Source: Hydrolagus colliei
Lineage: Eukaryota
Reading direction: 5' to 3'
Assembly (NCBI GenBank): GCA_035084275.1
Contig: CM068755.1
Coordinates: 7,564,001-7,628,000 of the forward strand
DNA: 64,000 nt
Positions within the stretch are counted from its first letter, which is position 1. Each line of letters begins with the position of its first letter. The translations under genes and the position numbers were made by a program. Below the pieces are notes generated by a model. It saw nothing but the letters and a program-made list of their open reading frames with translations, was not told the origin of the DNA and made no database searches. Positions 51,986-64,000 of this stretch are shown here, piece after piece.

Positions 51986-52135
51986 ATAATAATTAATGAT
52001 AAATGGTAATTAGGGTTCTTACCGCATGCATGTCTGAGTAAGAAAAAAAGGCACGTCAGTTTAACGTTTCATCTGAAGAATAAATCCGACCACTTGACAC
52101 GTAATTTAGGTTGTACACGGACATAGAATTCTTAC

Positions 52136-55100
52136 CCACGTTACTTTTGACACCATTAACCATGCCTTTTCCCATGCTGGGTTGACTGCATCTGGAGATG
52201 TCATCCTTGTCATCGATGCGGGATGAATGGACATCAGGAGTTTTGGAGGCTTTAATTGGTTTCTCCGCTGAGTCCTTCTCTTTCTTTTTTGTGGATGTTG
52301 TTTTTGGAGATTTTTCTGAATCTTTTTGAGCTGATGCTGCTTTTGTAGGAGTTGCTGGATGTTTACTTTTGGCATCAGATTTTCGCCCAGGGGAAGCCGA
52401 TTTCGATTTGTTCAACGCTTTTCTGGTGCCTTTGGTCTTCTCCTTTATGTCTTTCTTCAGCAGTTTATTGATGTTTTGCTCATTTGCGAGCACCTCTGGA
52501 TCCACCATGCACACGTCAGGGTGTGGAGGCTGAGGGTGAGGATCCATCATGGGGACAGGAGGTGGGTCATACCCAGGGCGTGAAGTCGTATGGTGGGACG
52601 TCCCTGTTGTTTTGTCCACAGGAAGGTAATCAGCATCTTCATCGGAGTCATTAGCTGCGTCTGCGGTTATAGATGGGCAGTCCTCAGTTTCTGGGGGAAC
52701 ATCTGAATCGGAGTGAGACGGAAGTGAGTCACTATCAGACGTGGGGGGAGTTTCCCCACCCACATTTTGATGAGGTTGACTACCACTAGTGTGAGGCGTG
52801 CTTATCTTCTCCACAGAGGTTGGAACATCTTGGGAGTTGTCGTCATCCGACAGCTCATGGGGACTTGGGTTTATGAAAGAAGGAGAAAGCTCATCTTTTT
52901 TGTGTTTGTATTCACTTGATGAAAACATAAGCTTGTAGTCAGATGTGGCTCCCAAGCATCCCTCCGGGTCATGTGCGGCATCCCCATGGTCATCGCCTTT
53001 GTGAGAATCTGAAAAAAATGATTTGAAGGTTTGATCACTCGATGCCAGAGAGGAAGGACGGACCAATTGCTCACTTGCCTCTTCCAAGTAAGATTTTGAA
53101 TGCTCAGAGTCTGGAGTGCTCTTCTCTGAAGATGAATAAACATCTGCCTCCTTTTCTGATGGGCTTTGCACCAGTAGAGGGCTGAAGCTCATTTCTGTTG
53201 GTCCATTTGCTGTGGCTTCATCCTCTTGTTCAGGAGGAGAGAATGACGTCAGCATGTGAGGAACTGTAGGTGCTTGTGATGGACCCAGCTCTGAGGGAGC
53301 AGTTTCTGTTCCTGTTTTGGTGTCTGCTGGGGTAGAGGAGGCTGATCTTTGGCATTCCACCCTGCAGGACAATGTGGAATCTTCAATGTCACAAAGATAA
53401 GCTGAGCTGTGCTCTGCGGGGGCCGCTGGCAGCTCCTCTGTCTCAGTGAGGTGAGAAGAGGCCATGGCTGCTGGGACTAGTGGAGAAACTTCATCCAAAC
53501 TTCTGCCTTTGTCTGATTCAAGTGCTGTAGAGTATGAGCACTCAGTTTGGGTCTGAGGAACAGGTGTAGGATGGCTATGCAAAGTCTCCCATGAAGTTGA
53601 CACAGGTGTATCATCTTTTAATAAGCTTGGAATTTTGCTGTCAGTAGTCATCTCTGGTGGGGACGGTGTCACTTCCTGAAAGGGACTCATTGGTGAAAAT
53701 CCTATGCAAGAAGGCTCAATGATAACTTTCTGAGCTACTTCCATATACTCATCCTGGACCCTTCGATCTTCAAACACTATACCTGAAACACTAGTTGGAA
53801 ACATTTCTTCTTCCGTGAAGGTGGAATACTCAAACTGAGCAATGGCAGGCTTCTCTTGCTTGGCTGTGACTGAATATCCAGGCTTGGCTGCCCATTCCTC
53901 TGGTTTAGATGTCAACATACTCTTAAAGTCAGGCATAACTAATTCTTTGACTTTGCTAAGAGTGCACATTTCAGGACTCTTCCCATTGTCTTCACTCATT
54001 TTTTTGTCATCATGTTTGGTTTTATCAGAATCTGCACATTGGTGTGACACAAATTGAGTTGTTATACCAGAATATTCAAACTCACCGGAGATGGGCCGTT
54101 CCATCCAAGATTCCTCTTGCTGTTTATGTCTTGTGCACAATGAATTCTCAACTTCAGTGTACTTGAGACTGTGGGACAAGTTCTGGGTTTCATCTAATGC
54201 TTCTTTATGCTCACTCATGCACAAAACATCCTTTTCTTCATGATAAGAGGCGAGTTGCTCCTTCTCCAATTTCTTAGGAAGAATTACTCCTTCAGTCCCT
54301 TTGCTTCCCTCTTGCTCCCGGGAACAACTTCCTGTGGCACTTGCTTTGGATTGTTCATCGGATGTGGACTGCTGTCCAGTGCTGGTGGGAAGAGATTTTC
54401 TGTCTACATCTGGGATTTCTGCATATGGATAACTCATTCCTTTTTCTTGATGTGTAATGTCGAACGGAGACTCTTTTTCCGATTTCTCAATAGCACCTTT
54501 CTCTAACTCTGATTCACTGGTACTTTCTTCATCTTCCTTCTCACAATACCCCAAAATGTTTGAATCGGTCTCCTTCTGTGTCATTTCTGTGTAGCCGGCA
54601 CCTGTTGAAAAAATGTCATCCAAGCGAGGCATTTCAGCGTATGGTACTGTGGTTGGACGGAATTCTGCTTGTTCTAGACCACTCTGAGGAGACATTTGCT
54701 TTTCTTCAGGAGAGGCACGAGAAGAGCTTTCTTCAGGTTTGCCTTCCAAGGAGGTTTTCAAAGTCATATCACTCAGCTTCTTATCCTCTTCTTTTGCATC
54801 ATATCCCAAAGGACTAAACTGAGAGGTTGTTAGTGTTAGAGAGGGAGCTTTGGGTAAATCTGGAATATCTGCATATTCTGCAGTACTTGCTGGACTCACT
54901 TCTTTTTCTCCAGATAAAGCACTTGTTGATGGCTCCTTTTCTGTTTGTGTAGAAAATAGTGACATGTCAGGTGTAGACTTCTTTTCCATCTTGCCAGTCT
55001 CCCATGTCATTTCAAATGGCAGCTCTTTCTGCTTTGACATGCAATCTAATCCTTTCCATTCTATTTCCTCCTGTGTCCTAGCCAGCTGTCCAAAGGCAGT

Positions 55101-58100
55101 TACTGTTTCATCTATCTCTGTGTAGGAAAAGCTTTTATTCTCAGGATAAGGTGTTGCCTCCCTTTCTTCCTCTTCGGACGAGAATTCATCTTTCAACTTG
55201 GTTCTGAATTCTTCTTCCATATAAAGTCCAGAACTGGTGAACTTGTATTCCTTGTGGGTCACAGAATGGTACTCTGTGTCTTCAGCTTGTTTGATGGGAG
55301 CAGGTTTGGGTTTTGTCAGAAATAAATCTTTCTCATCTAGATAAAAACCTTTGGCCTCACCTTCTCTCAAAACATCAGAGTATCCATACCCTCTTGACGT
55401 AGAGTGCATCTCCTTATCTTGTTCCAAAGACAATTTCCCCTCCTCTTTGCTGGTGGCATCACCAGTCTTCAGGTCCAAATGTTTTTCCTCTTTTGCTGAT
55501 TTCTCCTCCGTTGAATGCTTTATTGTTTCTGGAGTGGTCACAATGGGTGAAGTCGCTTTGTGCTCGGTGGTGGCCGGTATATCTGGATATAAATCGTGTT
55601 GTTTATCAAAGGCACTACTGTATTCAAATGGAGACATGCTGCTATCTTGCCCGCTGGTCCAGGGGTAGTCAATACCACTGGAAAACCCTTTTGCTTTTTC
55701 TTCAAAGTAAGTGTATTTCTGTTCACTTTCTACTGCCTCTAATTCCTTTTGCCCAGTTAATTTATCCTTCAGTTCCGGTACTTCAATTGCACTCTTCTCT
55801 GGAGAGGGTGAACGCTGAGATGTAAACGTGCTATCCTTGTCAAAAGGAGAGCCAGTGTAATAGGAAGTATGATCCCATTTACCAGATTCAAATGAAGAAA
55901 TCTCAGACTTTGCTTCACAACTCACATGTTCTGATTTTTTGTCTGAAAAGGATATTTTGTCATCAATGCATGGTTCACAAATCTCCTTCATTGCTCCCTG
56001 GGTGCATGTATGTTCAGCATCAGTAGTGAGCTCTCTCTGACTTTTAGTAGTGATGTCAACTTTGGACATTTCAACCTCCGCTGTAGTTTCATCTTTCTGA
56101 TGGAGAAAACGCTCAGACTGTAATAGATAACCTTGTAGCAAACTGCTGTCCATTTCTTCTACAGATTTCATCTTGTCTTCGATAATATTTTGATCTTTAA
56201 TTGGTGAAATGTCACCTGCATGTTGCTTTACGTCAAAATCTTTCTTACTGTCCGGCAACAATTGCTGCAGATTTATCTTACTGTCAGAAACAGTTTTGGT
56301 GTCTACGGTCTCAAGGGTGTGTTTGTCATCAGGTGAAAGTTTACTCTGCGTGTCTTGCTTTGCTGGAGACTTCAGTAAAGCATCCATCTCACTAATGTGA
56401 TGTTCCAAAGTATCAGTTGGTGAATGATCAAATCTGTGGGCAGCTGCATCCACCTTATCCATTGTCAATGTCTCCTTTTTGTCAATGTCTCTTTCTATTT
56501 TTCCAGTATCGCTAGGCTGCTTTTCCACCACATCTATTTTCTCTATTTCTGCATGTCCCTTCTTGAACAATTCTTCAATTTTCTCTGTCGCAATGGGCTG
56601 TGTTAGCTCTTTATCCACCTTTTCAGCCTCTGTTGGTTTCTCTGGGGCCTTTTTATCCAGTTTTTCAACTTCTGTTGGTTTCTCCAGAATCTCTTTATCC
56701 ATTTTCTCAGCCACTATTGTTTTTTGTGAGGTCGCCTGATCCATTGTTTGAACCTCTGTTGGTTTTTCTAGTGCTTCCTCTTTATCCATTTTTGGAGCCT
56801 CTATGGACTTTTCTGGAGTCCCTGTATCCATAGTTTTATCCATTTTTTCAGTCACTGTTGGTTTTTCAGAGGTCTCTTTATCTATCTTTTGAGCCTCCTT
56901 TGGTTGATCCAGAAACTCTTTATCCACTTTTTCTGCCATTGTTGTTTTTTCTGAGAGCTCTTCATCCATCTTTTGAGCTTCTTTTGGTTTTTCCAGAACC
57001 TCTTTATCCATCTTTTGTACCTCTGTTGGTTTTTCTGAGGCCTCTTTATCCATCTTTTGTGCCTCTGTTGGTTTTACTGAGGCCTCTTCATCTAATTTTT
57101 CAGCCTCTGTTGGTTTTTCCAGAACCTCCTTATCCATCCTTTCAGCCACTGTCGTTTTTCCTGAGATCTCTTTGTCCATTTTTTGTGCCTCTGTTGGTTT
57201 TTCTGGGGTCGTTTTATCTAGTTTTTCAGCCTCAGTTGGTTTTTCCAGAACCTCTTTGTCCATTTTTGGAGCCTCTATTAACTTTTCTGGGGCCTTTTTA
57301 TCTATGATTTTAGCCTCTGCTGGTTTTTCAGGGACCTCTTTGTCCATTTTTTCAGCCTCTGTTGATTTTGCCTCTAGAATCTCTTCCACAATTTTCTCTG
57401 CACCTGCTGGCTTCGTCTTGAAAACCTCCAGTTCGGTCTCTGGATATTTCTTCCTCTGGAATTCCATATCCATGCTCTCCACATCTGTGGGCTTTCTCTC
57501 CTGAAGAGCTCCTTCCACTTTATCTGGGGATTTCTGATCTAGGAATTCCTTATCCATGGTCACTGTTTCTGTTGGCTTCATCTCCAGATCCTCTGTATGT
57601 ATTCCTTCGGCTTTTGTGGCTTTCTCCTTTTGTACATCTGGAGATATTTTCTCCAGGATTTCCTTCCCAATTTTATCTGTATCTACCGGCTTCAAGTTTA
57701 GAATATCTTTTTCCACTTTCCCAGCCTCTGTGAGTTTTTCTGGAACTTTCTTTTCCAGCATTATCTTTTCATCCTGTGGAGGTTTTTCCAATAAGATTTC
57801 TTTCCCAATTTTCTCTGTATCTGCCAGCTTCATCTCTACATCCTCTTTTTCAGTCTCTGGAGATTTCTTCCCCAGGAGTTCTTTATCCTTGCCCTCTGCG
57901 ACTGTTGGCTTCCTCTCCTGAAGATCTTTTTCAATTTTTTCCGTAGCTGTGTGCTCTGTTTCCTGAACATCCTTCTCCATTTTCTCTGTTGTTGTATATT
58001 CTTGTTCATGTGCCAGTTTTTCTTTTGGTGTCAATTCAAGGTCATGAGCATCTGTGTCCGGAAGAGCAGGTGTTGAAGAAAGGAATGATTCTTGATCCAA

Positions 58101-61100
58101 TTCAGATCTGAGTCCTGAACTAGGTTGCACTGTGTCTTTGTCCTTAGCGGGTTTCTCAGTAGTCACGGACATTACTTGCATGGTCTTTTCCAACAGCTCG
58201 GTTTCAACAGTGTCAGGCCTTTCTTCAACTGGTGATTGATGGAAAGGGGTGTGCCCAGCACTGGTTGGTCCTGATTGAGTTGGTGAGGCCATTTTTACCG
58301 TGCTGTCATCAGGGCTGATGCACTTCTCATCGCTTTCAAGCAAACTAGAATCAAAATGCAAGGATGGCCTGAATTCATCATCGGTCTTTTGGCTAAATTC
58401 AACTGGTGAATCGGGAGCAGTTGTGCTCTTTTCTGGAAATAAGGCTGAATATTGCTCTTTATGCTTTTCTGGTATTTCTACAATAGGTGTTTGCTCTTCT
58501 TCCTCTTCTTCCTCCTGCTCCTCCGTCGTTTTAGTAATGACCTCAGCAATAGGGTGGAAGTCTTCCGATGGTGGGGATTTGAAGTATTTGTCCTCTTCCA
58601 ACGATGATGTGGGCGATATAGTACCCGCTGATGGGAGGTATTCTTTCCCTTGAGTGGCTTCTGTTCTGCATGATCCCATGCTGTTCACCGTGTCCAACAT
58701 AAGTGAGCTCTTGCCCGTCTCTTCCGTCTGAGGTGCTGTTACTGATGCCACAGACTGGTCTTCTGCCACTGACGTAGCAAATGAAGAGAGTTTATCACAC
58801 TCGGTGATGGAAGCAGCAGATGAAATGTGTTCCTCTTCAGCAAGCGGTGCCGCCAATATCTCAGAGGGATAGACCACAATCTCAGGCTCCACTCGGGCGA
58901 AGCCCTTGATACCAGCCTCGGTTCCAGACATTGCCTTCATCTCCTTCATTCCATGGACTGCGTCAAAGGACCTTGTATCGTCTGGCACAGAGATGTCATA
59001 TGTGTCCACTTCATATTTTAGGTGACCAATTCGATCTTCTTGTTCATCGTGAATTTCTTCATCAGAAATGGTTTGTTCAGTTTCAGAATAGCCAGGAATA
59101 GTTTCATCCTGAATGTAAGAAACTGGCTCTCCCACTGCTCCCTGTGTGGATAGCATTTGTGTTCCCACTGCCTCTGTTTTAGCCACAGTAACTTTCACTT
59201 CTTTTTCTTCAACCTCCTCTTTTTTCCCCACTGCTGATTGATACTTAAATAGATTTTGGTCTTGTTTTTCACTGTATTCATCCTTGTCCTTTAATTCATC
59301 TGAATATTTCTCTTTTTCTTGCTCCTTTGCTGTTAATTTTAAATCCTCCTCTACATCTTCTGTTTCTTCCACTTCTGCCTTTTCTATCACCTCTTCCCCC
59401 TCACTTTCTTCTACTTCACCTTGGTCCCTCATCTCCATTGTTTCAATGTACCTTTCACATGTCTCCATCTGTTCCTCCTCCTTTCTTCCAACTTCTTTTC
59501 CTGCCTTTTCTAGAGTCACAATATTTTCTTTGAAAAGGTCTTGTTCTTTTGCTTCATCGATTTGAGCCTTTTCTAATCCTTCCTGCAAAACTGGGCTTTC
59601 TTGTAACTCATCTTGTTCTTTCTCTGCCTTTTTCTCTAATTTTTCTTCCAATTCACTCATTTCTAACGATTCCTCCATTGCAGTTCCTTCATCTTCAAAC
59701 TTCTCTGCAACATCTGTAGTTGGCTGAGGTGGACAAATACCCTGTTCTTCATAAGGTGATTCGCCTTCTACATCTGTTGTAGTTATTCCTTCATCTGGCG
59801 ATTCAAGAGGAGCCTTTATGTCAGTGATAGTACGAGTCATTATCAGCTCTGGCTGAGGGCTGGGAACAAGTGCATCTAGTTGTTCCTCATTTACTTTAGC
59901 CATTTCTTCCACATCAACGGGACTTGCGCTTGGTTCTACACAAATTGGCTCTTTAGTCACATCTGTCTTGGTCGTCTCTTCTTGTTTCAGTTCCTCAAAG
60001 TCCTTAGTTAAGTCTTCAGGTGAAGACATTACAGATCTCTCTGCTTGCAAATCAATTGATATTTGTTCCTCTGCTCCAGGTTCAGTTGGCGGTGGCTCAT
60101 CTTTTTGTTCAACTTTGAACTCTTTTCCCACTTTTGCTTTAGCAGAATCTATTTTTCTACCTGGCATTTTCGCCCTGTGTAGAGTTTTTCTGACTTCTGG
60201 TGTAAATGGTTTAAAGTCGGTTTTGGAAAACTTCTTTATTTCTTTTTTCATGTCCTTTTCCTTCTTCTTCTCATCCTTTTTAGCTTCCTTTTTCTCATCC
60301 TTTTTCGCATCATCTTTCTTTACTTCTTTTTTCTCCCTTTTAATTTCCTTTTTCTCCTTATCCTTCTTTTCTTCAGACTTTGCTAGCTTGTCTTTGTTGT
60401 GTTTTTTCAGAGTTCTTTCTTTGATCAATTTTTTCTTTTCTGTTTTCATTGCATCAGCTGCGGATTTCTCTACTTCGCTCTTTACCTTTTTCTCTTCTTT
60501 CTTCTCTATCTTGCTTTCCTTTATTGGCTCAGGTTTAACCTCTGGAGGCTTCGTAGAGATCTCTTCTGGTGTTTCCTCCTTTTTCACAGGTTTAGCTGCA
60601 GCTGGCCTGGGTGAAGATTTGAGACTTTCTTTGCTATCTGTCCTCTGCCTTACTTTTGTCTGTTTCACAGCTGGTGGGGTCATGCCAGTAGAAAGGTCTT
60701 TTTGAGTAGCAACGGGGTATTTTAGGAAATCTAGGTGCTTTAATTTTTCTAGTCCCTCTAAGATTTTGTTCTGTGGTGCATTCCCAGGGAACAAGACACG
60801 GACTATTTTCTCTGTAGGGTTGGCAGGATGCCACACAACTAAAGCTGTAATGGAGGTTAGATAAGGGACCGAAATCTCCCCTTCTTTTCCATTGGGCAGA
60901 ATGATTCCAGTCTTTGCCTTGCTATTTCCTGCCCACTTCTGCATCAGAAACTGCATTTCCTTGCTGTCTTTTACTGGGTTGAGGATGTACATGTCTAGTC
61001 GTCCAACTCCCATCTTGTGGAACAATGGAATTGGATCGATAGTTGCCCCAACAACCCTGTTGAGAGGCTCTTGTTTGATGCTGAGTTTGGTTAAGTACTG

Positions 61101-61739
61101 TAGCGTTAAACAGGCTTCTTCAATGCTCCTTTTGACTTTCATAGACGACTCCTGCATTTTTAATTTCTCAGGAACGTTGAAGAATACTACTCCTAGCTCA
61201 GGAGAGATGAGATTTTTCATCCAGTCGCTGTACGTTGTGGAACCTTGCGATTGCTCCTCATCTTGCTCGGCTATTTTTCGCTGGAGGAGGCCGTTAATTC
61301 CAGGCAAATTGTCTGCACCAATGTGCGTCAGGAGTATGGAATCGATCCTGTCCAAATGACGAACAAGCTTCCAAAAGCAGGATTTCCTTTCAGAACCTCC
61401 ATCAATGAGGATGTTGAAGCCATTCACAGCAAATAATGCTGAGTCTCCTCTTCCCCCAGGGAAGATATAGCAGCATGGTTTGGACAGTTTAAGGAAACCC
61501 CCTGAGGTGGGAGGCTCTAGGAGGTCAAAAGGTGATGGAACCTCCACAGATTCAGAGAGGTATTCTGTAAACTCAGAGACTCCATCCATCTCTGGCAGGA
61601 CAGTTGCTGGGTTCAGATTAAGGTTGATGAACTCCTGGAGATTGTGTTGTTCTAGATTGTTCCAGTCCCCTTCTCCAGAGTGGCAGATGGTCAGAAAAGC
61701 CTTGGTGTCAATGTCCGTATTGCTCAGTAGCTCTGTAAT
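52136..61739 (-). CDS. MAP1A: MAP1A giant exon (9604 nt): heavy chain with KKE microtubule-binding region, plus start of light chain LC2
   Basis: tttag|ATT acceptor and GTGG|gtaag donor. MAP1A-diagnostic sequences include MDGV, THIGADNLPGINGLLQRK, MQFLMQKWAGNSKAKTG and GNAPQNKILEGLEK. Also a KKE-rich basic region, DSDVPPETEDCPSIT and HPDVCMVDPE. Confidence 0.96.
56530..57990 (-). repeat. Coding tandem repeat in MAP1A: 15-aa units followed by 14-aa (42-nt) units of type KMDKEVLEKPTEAE
   Basis: Repeated gcctctgttggttttt...tctttatccat on + and the periodic peptide in the translation. Confidence 0.85.
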
Positions 61740-61879
61740 CTAAATCAACAATTAAAAGGTGTTAGACAGACTTGTAATGGAAAACTCTTGCCTTAAACAA
61801 TAAATTGGTAAATATTTGTGATCCTATACTCTTATAACTTGTGATCCATCAATCACAATGCTATCGTTTGTGTAGTACC

Positions 61880-62090
61880 CATCATCCTCATACTGGTGAC
61901 CTATTGGAGTAGAACCAGGAGAGTGTGGTGGCTTGTAGGAAAGAAAGGATGGAGTGATTAATGGTGTTGAAGGCATGGAGGAGTCGATGAGCCTCAGGGA
62001 GTGGCAGAGACATTGAAAGGGTTCCATTGGTGACTTTGATCAAGAAGATCTCACTGCTTTGGGTGACAGGAACCAGACTATTGGGCTTGG
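61880..62090 (-). mobile_element. Old L2 RT fragment
   Basis: Degenerate IKVTN...AFNTINHSIL...LSWFYS, corresponding to RT motifs KVTND and AFDTVDHSIL. Confidence 0.6.
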
Positions 62091-62305
62091 AGGAACAAAA
62101 TGTGGTGTTTTTGATGTTGGTAGGGGTGGAGGATGATGGCAATTGTGGAGCATCCTTTAGTCAACTGATCCAAATCCTCCTTGCATGAATGAATCAAAAT
62201 TCCTTCTTGCATTACATTCATTACCCAGGTGTAGTGTATGCCATTTTGAAGCTTATACACCAAGAGCACTATCTGGAAATCAAAACCTCATCTAAAAATT
62301 CCTAC

Positions 62306-62446
62306 CTCAGGATCTGCAAAGGTTTCAGTGAATCTTTGAAAAGAATAAGTTCCGCTCTGCAGAATGAGGTCCCCTCCTTGGTCAGAGCTTTGCCCGCATA
62401 AAACCAATAGTTTACGGCGGGAGGAGTCAATCACCAATGAATGAAC
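62306..62446 (-). CDS. MAP1A: MAP1A exon (VHSLVIDSSRRKLLVLCGQSSDQGGDLILQSGTYSFQRFTETFADPE)
   Basis: ccag|GT acceptor and GAG|gtagga donor, 141 nt, phase 0-0. Homologous to MAP1 KLLVLxGQ...LILQSGxFSFQ. Confidence 0.92.
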
Positions 62447-63038
62447 CTGGATCAAAGTATGAAAAAAAACACAATTAACCACCTAATTAGCAACCATTTC
62501 TCCCTATTTCCATACAGCCCTTTAGTCACTCACAAACAATGTATCTAATGTATTAAATCAGCCTAAGAATCAAAGACATTCTCACACTCTAGACAGCCAT
62601 CTGTGATTGTCAGTTAAATCCAATGGCTCTCAAATGCTACAATTCATTTGTAAGCAGCACTGAGGATGATCATGAAGGACTTCTAGGAGCAAGTCATACC
62701 ATTGAAATTACTCTGGTGCAAGGAAATAATATGGGAGCGAAGGGCGAAATGCAAAAACAAAATATGAAACGAACAAAATCTGGGGAAGCTATGGGAAGTA
62801 AATAAGCCTATTTTATTGGTAAATCTACATGCATCGTAGATGTGATACTGCACTTAAAAAGCTAAGATATCAATGGAAGCCTTTTAAAAGAAAAAGGCAT
62901 CATAGCAAACAAGGGATCCTTCTTTCAACTATAATGAGGATCTGGTTCTGTAATACCAGACTTTGCATATATGACGCACATTAATAGGTTTTATGTAAGA
63001 CAGCCCAAACGTGGACAATTTCAGCAGTTCAGTTTTAC

Positions 63039-63121
63039 CTCTGAGGCAATTGTTTCTTCGGCAGGATTAACTAGCACCACAGTCTCAAGGACATCACTGC
63101 TGTGGTGAAGTGTCTTCTGGC
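63039..63121 (-). CDS. MAP1A: MAP1A exon (GQKTLHHSSDVLETVVLVNPAEETIASE)
   Basis: Minus-strand tttcag|GC acceptor and GAG|gtaaaa donor, 83 nt. Homologous to the MAP1 N-terminal segment GQKILHHRSDVLETVVLINP. Confidence 0.9.
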
Positions 63122-64000
63122 CTGAAATACAAGAACATTGGGATTATAGTCATTGTTTTGAAATGCCACCACAAAAGACACCTCACTTTCAGAGGAAGTG
63201 TGCAATGCTATTTGCCACCAAGAAAAGCTGGCCTTAGGCTATGAGTAGTATCTGCCAACCCTCAGAAAATGTACAACTGAGGATTCATACTAGTACAGGA
63301 GCCACATTCCTGTTCAAAATTCATGCATTTAAATTCATGCATTTGAAAGAGCACCCATAAGGTCAGCAAATCTCAAATAGTAATTTGGAAGCAATTGCTG
63401 TGAAACGTAGTGACTATGTATTTGTAGTATTCCAATGCAAATTTGGGTTCTGCACATCTACAGGACTTCTCCTAAATGAAATACTATTCCAATGCACCAA
63501 CTGATTGGTGCCCATGCCATTCTATCCCATAAAATGGAGTCACCTTTCACTGGCCTTCTTTTTATATTAAGCCAAAGGAAATCACATTTGTAATGCACTC
63601 AAACTGCAGTGATAATGAGAACACAACACATGTTCTATTTAACTGAAAAGGATGGAAGACTGTCTAGCACCTTTTCAATGAGCTACAGTAACGTGTTGTT
63701 GGAACACAAACCTCAGTACAAGATCAGGCTGATCTTCCCAACGCAGCCCAATTACTCAGCTCTGGCACCTCAATGACACTTCAGTTGAATTAGAAAACTG
63801 CCCCCAGAATAGATCTGCCCCTGCCCTGTCACAAGGGGTATATTCGGGTCAGGCGGCAGGCTACTTACAAATAATGGTTACTGCTGCATGACATCCTTCA
63901 TCTGCTCTGTCAGTCCTTCTCTGAAAGATGGCTAAATGTTTGTCCCAGTTTCTGGCTAAAGCTGCATCGTGTGATTTGAATTGCAATGGGGCTTCTGTTG

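Noticed and set aside
52056-52135. Last 26 aa of the 3177-aa ORF (KNSMSVYNL...)
   Set aside because: Read-through past the consensus G|gtaag donor at 52136/52135; intronic.
56600-57360. 42-nt periodic repeats as a CRISPR-like array
   Set aside because: In-frame coding repeats of a eukaryotic exon, with no unique spacers or cas genes.
52359-61743. Many + strand S/F-rich ORFs (e.g. 59968-60705, 60892-61359)
   Set aside because: Antisense shadows of the K/E-rich MAP1A exon.

Overview
Vertebrate genomic DNA, most likely a cartilaginous fish and possibly a chimaera (inferred from the L2/CR1/Deu-SINE repertoire). Two genes converge tail-to-tail, as in the mammalian locus. On +, the 3' exons of PPIP5K1 lie at 3292-3471, 12345-12482, 12810-12938 and 16213-16877, plus a probable 18-nt microexon at 8154-8171. 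On -, the last five coding exons of MAP1A lie at 63121-63039, 62446-62306, a 9.6-kb exon at 61739-52136, 51417-51185 and 50250-50095. Introns and the intergenic region hold a 5'-truncated L2 LINE, an inverted sister copy, many short L2 tails, tRNA-derived and Deu-type SINEs, CR1 remnants and two Tigger-like MITEs. The main leads are: an antisense L2 tail that supplies the last codons and stop of PPIP5K1; a microexon, a cassette exon and a possible alternative last exon within a TGCATG cluster; a 14/15-aa repeat array in MAP1A; and a promoter-like RFX/YY1/ETS cluster plus an orphan exon in the intergenic region. I see no clear evidence of a wholly new system. Gene identities come from recalled protein homology, not database searches.
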